Shown here piece by piece: positions 8,792-17,490 of a DNA stretch of 17,570 nt. Position 1 is the first letter of the stretch; every line of letters begins with the position of its first letter. The stretch spans positions 1-17,570 of the forward strand of contig NW_021824793.1 of assembly GCF_006345805.1 (NCBI RefSeq), written 5' to 3'. The stretch comes from Octopus sinensis. Taxonomy: Eukaryota. Below the pieces are notes generated by a model that saw only the letters and a program-made list of their open reading frames with translations, was not told where the DNA came from and searched no databases. Both the position numbers and the translations under genes were made by a program.

Positions 8792-9050
8792 TACCATGTC
8801 GATGTTGAAATTACAGTGAAGGAACCTTAGATCTAGGTTAGAAACCGGCTCTTTCTCTATTGGCAAGACATTTTGAAATAAAACCGAATGATGTCATAGT
8901 AATGGTGATGGCCGTCCACTCGTGACCGAGGAAAACCATCACTGATATTTAAGAACATTGTACGCTAAAAATTATCTTATACTTTACACTTGCAGCTCCG
9001 CATCTGACAAACTAGTCCTGCTCTTGATAAACATAGACGACTGCAAACAT
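8792..9050 (-). mobile_element. RTE (BovB-like) LINE 3' fragment A1: last codons plus 3' UTR
   Basis: The minus strand encodes VCSRLCLSRAGLVCQMRSCKCKV*. It is about 94% identical by hand count to 9902-10160 and ends CAACATCGACATGGTA before (TATG)n. Confidence 0.88.
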
Positions 9051-9270
9051 ATCTGAAGGGAAGTGTGGTTGAATAGGTAGTATCATTAGTACGTTCGGCA
9101 AAATGTCATTGAAATAATAATGATTTCTAAAGCTACTTCAGAACCAGGTAAACCAAAATTCTGCAGACACCTGATGAAAGAAGTATTTTCAATTCACCTT
9201 CATCCTGTTAGCGTAAAATACTTTAAAATTATCACCAAAGATATTAGATCTATCTCAAAGGTAGTATGGT

Positions 9271-9465
9271 GCGATTGAACAGACCTATGATCAAAGGCAG
9301 TGGAAATGTGATCATCCTTCAGTTGCTTTGGTTTTCTTCTTTTCTCTTTTAGACATGTCGTATGTAGGACTACATTTTCTGTGTATCAATTTTATTTTTA
9401 GATAGAAGGGAGGTCTGTTTGTTTTTTTCCTAGCATGACGAGCGACCAAGTAGAGACATTCCTCA
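9271..9465 (+). mobile_element. Diverged interspersed repeat fragment (unclassified)
   Basis: Homologous to the reverse complement of 1-160 and to 2520-2575. Confidence 0.6.
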
Positions 9466-9768
9466 ATTGATTTATTTGTGTACGCATGCGACTGCTGTAA
9501 TTAAGTCTAGTGATTAGGTCCTTTCTCTAATTAGTTATCATTCTTTAGAAATTAGGCTTCTCAAAACCAGGAAGGAGAAAGCTAATTCCAAGATTACGGA
9601 TCCAATCCATAACTGGTACTGTAAAAATCTGTAAAACTTTTCAGAAGTTTATCATTTAAATATATATGAGAATGACTAGATATGAAACTATATGCATGAG
9701 GAGACATACATAGAATATACAAATTTGCACAAACATACATACAGACATACAGACATACATGCCTTATT

Positions 9769-9860
9769 ATGTTGAAATTACAGTGAAGGAGCCTTAGATT
9801 TAGGTTAGAAATCGGTTCTTTTACTATTAGCAAGAACTCTTGGAATAAACTGAATAATGA
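9769..9860 (-). mobile_element. Variant (B2) of the last ~90 bp of the RTE 3' end, with its own degenerate TATG/TCTG tail (9734-9760)
   Basis: ATGTTGAAATTACAGTGAAGGAGCCTTAGATTTAGGTTAGAAATCGG is homologous to 9911-9957. Confidence 0.8.
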
Positions 9861-9901
9861 CATACATACATACATACATACATAATACATACATACATAC
9901 A

Positions 9902-10957
9902 TACCATGTCGATGTTGAAATTACAGTGAAGGAACCTTAGATCTAGGTTAGAAAACGGCTCTGTCTCTATTGGCAAGACATTTTGAAATAAAACCGAATG
10001 ATGTCATAGTAATGATGATGGCCGTCCACTCGTGACCGAGGAAAACCATCACTGGTATTAAGGAACATTGTACGCTCAAGACTATCTTATACTTTACACT
10101 TGCGGCTCCGTTGCTGACAAACGAGTCCTGCTCTTGATAAACATACACGACTGCAAACATTGCAGACCAAGCTTCCCCCCATTCCTTACACTAGCTTTGC
10201 GTTTTCGAGCATCACGCTTGAATTCTTCATAAAGAATATGTGCTCTTCCAAAGGTATCGACCCTCTCCTTTACCTGTTTCCTCCATCTCTGGCGATGACA
10301 AGCATTGCTCTCTATCAGCCTCCCGCATTTCACAGGCCTTTATTGAAGACTTTACACAGCCCTTAAAGGGCTGTCTTGGCTCCCTCCAGAGCTGCTTTCC
10401 ACAAACAAGTTGATGACTTACATACATACATACATACATAGATATATACTTACATTCATTCATGGTGGCTGCTCCCTCGTTATCGAGTATGGCCATTGCA
10501 CGAAGTTTAATCAATGTTGTTATCGTGCAATGCTTGTGCAAGATTTTTTTTTAAGTGAGGAAAGGCTGTGCACCGAGTCAATCCCACTCATTAAGCAACA
10601 GCAGCCATAATCCGAAAAGAAGAACAAGTCAATATCATCGGTAACAACTGAGCCGCAGGTTTTATGTCGGAATTATCCCAGATACATGAGTTACCTTCTC
10701 CTAGAAGGATGCCCTTACAAAGGCTAGGAGTTCTTCACTCCCAATGGTTTAACCGCGCGATCGGGTATTCAGTCCGATTATTTCTATGTCCCCGCGCATG
10801 ATACAGCCTTAAGATATTTATTGGATGGCTGTTGACACTCAAGAGTTCCGCCGCCCTTTGACGGGTTTTGTTTTTCATCCCGCAGGGTGTCCAATAAATA
10901 CCCTCCTCACCAAGCAAGCTTGGTGGGGTTGCCGGTTTAGTCGCCGACGACCCGACC
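9902..10957 (-). mobile_element. RTE (BovB-like) element A2, apparently internally deleted: putative 5' UTR (10957-10464), ATG, microsatellite, ORF C-terminus (to stop 10089-10087) and 3' UTR
   Basis: Across two frameshifts the C-terminus reads FKGCVKSSIKACEMREAD/ESNACHRQRWRKQVKERVDTF..EEFKRDARKRKAS../SLVCNVCSRVCLSRAGLVCQQRSRKCKV*, the RTE C-terminal Cys motif. The 5' part carries GGGCATCCTTCTAGGAGAAGGTAACTC (10714-10688), which resembles an RTE 5' UTR motif from memory, and ends in GCCACCATG (10469-10461). Both ends abut (TATG)n. The 3' part is well supported and the 5' UTR assignment less so. Confidence 0.75.
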
Positions 10958-10986
10958 ATACATACATACATACATACATACATACA
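10957..10986. repeat. (CATA)n at the 5' junction of RTE A2
   Basis: Read directly from the sequence. Confidence 0.95.
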
Positions 10987-11299
10987 AACATTCTTATTAT
11001 TGGAGCAAAAAGTAGGCACCAACCAGCCTAGAAGGAAGTTTGGCTGATCTAAGTTCCTTGGGGAAAGGATGCTCCTCCTTAATTCAAGTGTGTGTGTGTG
11101 TGTGCGTGTGTGCATGCACATATCAATCTATGCGTGTTAATTTGAATACATATATATGCCTTTATACACGTAGATATTTAAGTATGAATGAATGTATGTA
11201 TATACGTAAATACACACACACACATATACATACGCTCATACCTAACCTTAAATACATTAACAAATTGTCGTAATGTGATGATTTAATTAAACAACTTAC

Positions 11300-11369
11300 C
11301 TCGTTTATGGTATCGGTTATCCTTTCGATCTTTGAATCAATTAACTGATAATGACGCTTATGATTAAAA
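11300..11369 (-). CDS. Candidate coding exon, phase 2-0: FNHKRHYQLIDSKIERITDTINE (alternative acceptor gives 11300-11344, phase 0-0: LIDSKIERITDTINE)
   Basis: Donor GAG|GTAAGT and acceptor TTTACATATTTATTTATTCAG| (or CATTATCAG|). Only one frame is open. No homology recognised. Confidence 0.4.
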
Positions 11370-11487
11370 CTGAATAAATAAATATGTAAATGAATAAATA
11401 AATGAATAAATTAATTAATTAAATGTTTTGTAAGCCTTGGTTATCATTGCTGTTTCAGAAGAAGAAAAGACAAACTACCTTCCTTAC

Positions 11488-11854
11488 GTATGTATGTATG
11501 TATGACATGTATGTATGTATGACATGTATGTATGTATGTATGTATGCATATAGGTATGTATGTATGAATGTATGTAGGTAGGTAGGTATGTATGCAAGCA
11601 TGCATGTATGTATGCATGTATGTATGCATTTATGCATGCATATATGTATGTATGCATGCATGTATGCATGTATGTATGCATGTATGTATGCATGTATGTA
11701 TGTATGCATGTATGCATGTATGTTTGTTTGTATATATGTATGTATGTATGTATGTTTGTATGTATGCATGCATGTATGTTTGTATGTATGTATGTGTGTA
11801 TGTATGTATGCATGTATATATGTATGTATGTATGCATGTATGTATGTTTGTTTG
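11488..11854. repeat. (TATG)n microsatellite with CATG, TAGG and TTTG variant units
   Basis: Read directly from the sequence. Confidence 0.97.
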
Positions 11855-12184
11855 CTCTCCCCCTCTCTCCCTCTCTTCCTCTCTCTTAAAATTTAGGACA
11901 AATTTTGATCCGTCACCTGCCAGCAATTATGTAAAGGAAAGCATCTAATTTTGTTCATCATCCAGTAAGTCTTACGAAAGTCTTGCAGCTTTCTATTGTT
12001 CCAGATATCGTGATCATTTGTAGTTTTGTAGTAAATGAATTTAAAATTTGCGTTCTCTCCCCAAGAACACTAGTGTGCCCATACTTTGGTCCAGACGGGT
12101 TGCTATGCAACTTCTTTCTCCAATAATAAAAGGTATGAAGTTGAAAGTTTATCTTCAGTAGTGGATCTGCTATTTCCTAATCGC

Positions 12185-12560
12185 TGTATGTATGTATGTA
12201 TGTATGTATGTATGTATGTATGTATGTATGTATGTATGTATGTATGTATGTATGTATGTATGTATGTATATATATGTATGTATGTATATATGTATGTATG
12301 CATGTATGTATGTATATGTGTGTGTATGAATTGTTGTATGTATACATGAATGCATCTGTAAATGTATGTATCTAAATATATATACATATACACACCCATG
12401 CATATAGATCTCTCTTTCTCTCTCTCTCTCTCACACGCACACTATATATATATATATACATACATACATACACGTGTGTGCCTGTGTGCGCTTGTGTGTT
12501 TGTTCATGAATATACATACGTATATACATTCCCACACAAATACGCAAATACATAGACACG
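12185..12560. repeat. (TATG)n 12185-12326 followed by mixed (TA)/(CT)/(CA) simple repeats
   Basis: Read directly from the sequence. Confidence 0.93.
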
Positions 12561-12727
12561 TAAGTACGTAGAGTAATTATCTATATCCTAATAGGTCGTG
12601 ATACTCCCTCTAGCCACCTGTAACCTCCACGCCCATTATACCACCAAACGACCAATATGACATCTTCCCGCCTACCTCCCCGAGGAACCATTTCATATCC
12701 AGAAAACTAATTGATTTCCCTCATTTG

Positions 12728-12890
12728 CTATATTTACTATTCTCTTTCTCCCTTTCTGTCTCTCTGTATCTATCACCCTCTCTCTCTCTCTCACTCACTC
12801 ACTCACTCTTTCTCTCTCTCTGTCACCCACTTCATCTGTCACTGTCTCTCGAACCAGCTCTCTCTAATCATCCCTCCCTCCCTCTCGTTC
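12728..12890. repeat. CT-rich low-complexity tract with (CT)n and (CTCA)n
   Basis: Read directly from the sequence. Confidence 0.8.
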
Positions 12891-13011
12891 TTTCACCGTC
12901 AGTCAATTCTTTTAATTTATCATTCTAACTGTCTTTCACGCTCGTCTTCTCTACAACTCCTCCTTCTCATGGCCGTTCCCCCTCATCTACTACGTCCGCT
13001 TCGTGGGTGTC

Positions 13012-13057
<46 letters not shown>

Positions 13058-13072
13058 TTGATGATGATGATG

Positions 13073-13142
<70 letters not shown>

Positions 13143-13155
13143 TGATGATGATGAT
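13012..13155. repeat. (AAT)n/(GAT)n compound microsatellite at the 3' junction of the Tx1-like LINE
   Basis: Read directly from the sequence. Confidence 0.97.
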
Positions 13156-14551
13156 TTCATTTATTTGTCACAAAGGCGAAGGATGAAGGAGACAATACAG
13201 AGACAGACGTTAAAGTTTGGAGATTTACATATAATAATGAAATGATGAAAAAAAAATTAATGTATATACGGTATACATTGGAAAACAAGGGACACATGCG
13301 TAGCATATAAAGGCATAAAAAGGTGGGGATGATAGAGATGTGGCCCTCCTGATACAAGAACGCCTGTAGGGATAATCGAGGAACCCCACTGCTCGAGATT
13401 TCCCTGACATCCCAGGAGCAAGTGCTCTCTCCAATTCCTTCTCTCCGACTCACAGGTCTACCCTTAGAGAGGTACCATTCATTCCTGCCATTTTCCCATC
13501 TTTCACCCACTTTTCAATAAACTCATTCGAGGACAACACTTCTCTCTCCACTCTCAATTTCCTTTTCAAGTGAAACTTGTAAAAGTCAATGCAAGCTCTA
13601 CGAAAGAAGAATCTATCTGTCCTCACGCCTTTCAGTCTTGTCCATGAAGCAATCTCTTTTGCCACGGCCGCCAGGCAACGAAAAACTGCATTACCTGGCC
13701 GATTGAAGGAGGGTGGCGGTGCAATCATCACTACAGTCTCAACCGCAGACGGGTTCGTCCCACGCGTGATAGCGGCTGTTCAACATAACCCCACAAATCA
13801 GCAAAGCATGGACACTGAACGGGCGCGTGCAGAACGGTTTCGTCACTGCGCGCACCTCGGACAAGTCCGTCTGACAGTACATCCGTGCCTGTAGAGTTTA
13901 TCTCGAACCGGTAGCAAGGACATCTAGAAATTATCCATGATATTTCTCGACCGAGAGTCCTCCAGAACAGACTAGCCAGCTCGTTCTCGTCGGCTCCCAG
14001 AGACTCCCTGAGAATATTCTCGCACTTCCCCATCACTAATCCTCTATAAATTTTTAAAGCGGAACATCTACCGATCCCTTTGCCGGTAGAGGGTTGCGAG
14101 CGCCTGATGATACTCTGGTTGCCAGGCGCCCAATCTCGACCTTTTCTTCACTCAGGACTGCAGTTCCATCAAGGAAACGAGCCGCAGAAAGACGAACCTC
14201 ACAAACAGCGCTTACGCACGCTCACCGTCCAGAAATCGTTGCAGATGGCGTAACCTAAGCGAGTGTCTGCGCATTAGGCAGCCACGGCATACCTAATCCT
14301 CCACTCAGAGGATGCGGGCAACAGACTGACCACCTGACCATTGGAACGCGTCCTTTTCATAGGAATATAAATAAGAGACGCTCCAATCTGGTCAAGCAGT
14401 AACCGAGACAAAGCACGGTGGTCAAGCGATAAATGATAACAGAGGCGATGTAGGCATTCGCTACCTCTACCCGACCTTCCAGGGACAGCTTTTTTTCAGC
14501 CCAGTTCTGCGTAAGACTGTTTACCCTGTTCGCCACCTCGTCCCAGTTCTG
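13144..14551 (-). mobile_element. Tx1/L1-clade LINE, 5'-truncated: ORF2 C-terminal part with stops and frameshifts, 3' UTR, AATAAA and (CAT)n tail
   Basis: Translation gives NWDEVANRVNSLTQNWAEKKLSLEGRVEVAN..YRLT..LERLLFIFL*KGR..GGLGMPWL..ARSDETVLHAPVQCP..LWGYVE..VAKEIASWTRLKG..KRKLRVERE..F.EKW, the L1/Tx1 post-RT and zinc-knuckle-like motifs. The candidate 12-bp TSD AATAATAATGAT lies at 13132-13143 and 14552-14563. Confidence 0.9.
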
Positions 14552-14593
14552 AATAATAATGATATACGCTGATGGCAACTTTTATTGGCCACC

Positions 14594-14797
14594 GCGCCGA
14601 GCGAAATGCTTAACGGTATTTCGCCTACCGCTACGTTCTGAGTTCAAATTCTGCCGAGGTCGACTTTGCCTTTCATTCTTTCGGGGTCGATTAAATAAGT
14701 ACCATTTACGTACTGGGATCGATATAATCGACTTAATCCGTTTGTCTGTCCTTGTTTGTCCTCTCTGTATTTAGCCCCTTATGGGTAGTAAAGAAAT
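14594..14797 (+). mobile_element. SINE of the 864-1090 family, with a degraded head
   Basis: GCGCCGAGCGAAATGCTTAACGGTATTTCG...GAGGTCGACTTTGCCTTTCATTCTTTCGGGGTCGAT...GGGTAGTAAAGAAAT. Confidence 0.9.
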
Positions 14798-15233
14798 AGG
14801 TACTGATTGGGGAAAGGGCAGTATAAAAACAAATTAAAGAAAATATCAACCATAAAATATACGAAATGGCAACGGGATATAAATGGAGTAAAATGGAGAA
14901 ACCAACAATAAAATTATCATACAAATTAACGAATAAGATAAATAATAATGGCATTATATAAAAAATAAAACAGGAACCTCAATATTTTGTCGTTAGAAGG
15001 TGGCCAAGTCATAAAGTGATTCGGGATACTCCACGCACATACATTTGGGTTTGTCTGATTCATTAAAATCAAGTACATTCTCCAGTTTCTTGTTACCAGC
15101 TTATAGCCACATTCTTATTGTGGAGCTCATGTACCTACATCGTTTTCATAACAGTCACTACAACCTTCATAAAAGTCATGACAGTCACTACAACCTTCAT
15201 AAAAGTTATGTTAACATAAACACAAGGACATAC

Positions 15234-15286
15234 ATTTGGGGTGGAAAGGGGATACGGAGAATTATAGCGACCTAATTTTATGATTC
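15234..15286 (-). CDS. Candidate 53-nt coding exon, phase 1-0: (G)IIKLGRYNSPYPLSTPN
   Basis: Acceptor GCATTTCATTCTTCCAG| and donor AAT|GTATGT. Only one frame is open. Splice signals are the only support. Confidence 0.28.
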
Positions 15287-15352
15287 CTGGAAGAATGAAA
15301 TGCATAATGATGTTGCTGCTAACAAAGTTTGAACGCAGAACGTAGTCAAATA

Positions 15353-15520
15353 GGCTTTTCTACTCTAGGTACAAGGCCCAAAATTTTGAAGGAGGGGAGG
15401 CAGTCAATTATATCGACCCCAGTACACAACTGGTACTTAATTTATCGACCCCGAAAAGATGATAGGCAAAGTCGACTTCGGCGGAATTTGAACTCAGAAC
15501 GTGAAGATTGACGAAATACC
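15353..15520 (-). mobile_element. SINE with the same core as the 864 family but a different 3' tail (..AAAATTTTGGGCCTTGTACCTAGAGTAGAAAAG), head interrupted
   Basis: The core ATCGACCCCAGT..CTGGTACTTAATTTATCGACCCCGAAA..GGCAAAGTCGAC is present, and the tail is unrelated to the tail of 15521-15580. Confidence 0.85.
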
Positions 15521-15744
15521 TATTTCTTTATTACCCACAAGGGGCTAAGCACAGAGGCGACAAACAAGGACAGACATAGGTATTAAGTCGATTATATTGA
15601 CCCCAGTGCGTAACTGGTACTTAATTTATCGACCCCGAAAGGATGAAAGGCAAAGTCGACCTCGGCGGAATTCGAACTCACAACGTAACGGCAGACGAAA
15701 TACCGCTAAGCATTTCGCCCGGCGTGCTAACTTTTCTGCCAGCT
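15521..15744 (-). mobile_element. SINE of the 864-1090 family, directly abutting or nested in the previous SINE
   Basis: It aligns along its length to 864-1090 and to the reverse complement of 14594-14797. Confidence 0.92.
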
Positions 15745-15974
15745 TTGGAACATTTCTGCCAGCCTTGAAACGCACTCAAATATTGTTGAAGATTTTGTCT
15801 ACAGCTCAACTGATTTTGCCATCAGAGATTTTTCTAATACTGATTGTATTATTGTTCGAAGGAAAACCACCCCAACAAGTCGCAGGGAGCAAGGGCTTGA
15901 CTATAGAGTGAGTGATGGACTGTTTTGATGCCCATCCCCGTCAAGTAGTTGGTTTAAAAAAAAAACGATATACG

Positions 15975-16016
15975 TCGCCCTTTTCAAGCCTAGCCAGGCT
16001 CATGGGCCCGGTTTCC
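15975..16016 (-). mobile_element. Probable 3'-tail fragment of another SINE or LINE (GGAAACCGGGCCCATGAGCCTGGCTAGGCTTGAAAAGGGCG)
   Basis: GC-rich segment that resembles a cephalopod SINE tail from memory. It has no second copy in the window. Confidence 0.35.
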
Positions 16017-16404
16017 GGGGGTGACACTCCTGGCAGCTCTTGCAGATTGCTCCTCGTCTTCGAGGGACGTTCTTCCGCTTTCGAAGCATTGCGCACGACC
16101 CATTGTCTCGGTACTGTAAGCTTGCCGAAGAATGCTCAATGTCTTTGTAGCAGACTTCGCAAGTGTAACGCAAAATTTCCTGTTGGCTGTTTGCTCTCTT
16201 CCATGAAAAAAATCGCTGACTACAGTATACACGTGGACTCACAAAAACTCATATTTCACAACTTGCAAAGTAAATACAGCACTGTCACTCGGTACACTTG
16301 CCAGCCGAAGGTCGCAAACAGCTCTCACTCGGCATGCAATTGTTTGCTGCCATCTGCTGGCGCGCTACAAAACTAACCCGGAAACATTTTGATATCATCT
16401 CGTA
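16011..16404 (-). mobile_element. Mariner DNA transposon, 5' end only: TA, 5' TIR, leader and N-terminal transposase remnant
   Basis: The minus strand starts TA-CGAGATGATATCAAAATGTTTCCGG, a mariner-type TIR. It encodes EQTANRKFCVTLAKSATKTLSILRQAYSTETMGRAQCFE-SGRTSLEDEEQS, the mariner HTH region with the WHKRFK segment deleted. Confidence 0.88.
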
Positions 16405-16481
16405 CACACACCAAACATACACACACATTAAACACGCACTCATAAATATATATATATATATAATTCTTTATACATACATAC

Positions 16482-16541
<60 letters not shown>

Positions 16542-16625
16542 ATACATAAATAGATACGTAGATAGATCGAAGCATACACACATACATACATACATACCTC
16601 ATACATATACATACATGGATAGAAT
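16405..16625. repeat. Mixed (CA)n/(TA)n/(CATA)n simple repeats
   Basis: Read directly from the sequence. Confidence 0.9.
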
Positions 16626-17029
16626 CTATACAATTCACATATATGTTTAATAATTGCCTACCCAAAAAAACAAGCACACACACAGACACTCATACATACC
16701 ACAATTTATTTACAGATCTCCTTATACACACAATCCGTTTTACGTATATTACACTGACTGCTAACAGACAAAAAAATACTAGGATAACCTCTGTTGTATT
16801 TGCTATTCGTCTGTCAATATACTTCTAAATTCTCTACACACTGAGAACTAAAAAGTATAAATAGTTGTCTAATGTATGAAGAATGTCTTCCAATGTTCGC
16901 AGCTGTTTAACTGCACCCAAAATCCCTGCTTTAGCGGGCGTTAATTAAACTATAAACTCTATTATCTTTCGCATCAACAAAAGATACGGCATGTGTCTCT
17001 TCATATATACAGTATGTTCGTTTTTATCT

Positions 17030-17031
17030 AG

Positions 17032-17066
<35 letters not shown>

Positions 17067-17355
17067 AGCATTAATATATATTTATCTACATTTACACATA
17101 CGTACAAATGTATATATGCTTGTATGCATATATGCGTATATATATGTTTGCCTATATACATACATACATACATACATACATGCATACATAATATATATAT
17201 ATATATATATATATAAACATTTATACTTATATAAGAACTGTGTATTATTTATATATACATATATATATGTATGTTTATGTATGTATATATGTATTATATA
17301 TAGGTATATATATATATTATATATATGTATGTATATATATATAGGCAAGTATAAG

Positions 17356-17389
<34 letters not shown>

Positions 17390-17480
17390 ATATTGTTATC
17401 TATATACGTCTGTATATATAAACACATACATATATACACACACGCACGTGCTAATACACACGCACACACACACACACATA
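17030..17480. repeat. Mixed (TA)n/(CATA)n/(CA)n simple repeats
   Basis: Read directly from the sequence. Confidence 0.93.
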
Positions 17481-17490
17481 TGCGTACCAA

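Noticed and set aside
9160-9185. GCAGACACCTGATGAA, reminiscent of Penelope-like element ends
   Set aside because: It is too short and has no supporting flanking sequence.
11921-12071. Minus-strand open frame CSWGENANFKF...HNCWQ ending at CAG|GTGACG
   Set aside because: The acceptor lacks a pyrimidine tract and the peptide is not recognised.
3374-13155. All three trinucleotide tracts read GAT/AAT on the plus strand
   Set aside because: Three tracts agree in orientation one time in four by chance.
13589-13894. Plus-strand ORF MQALRKKNLSV...
   Set aside because: It is the antisense shadow of the Tx1-like ORF2.
15597-16376. Plus-strand ORFs 15597-15911 and 15912-16376
   Set aside because: They are antisense read-throughs of the SINE and mariner remnants.
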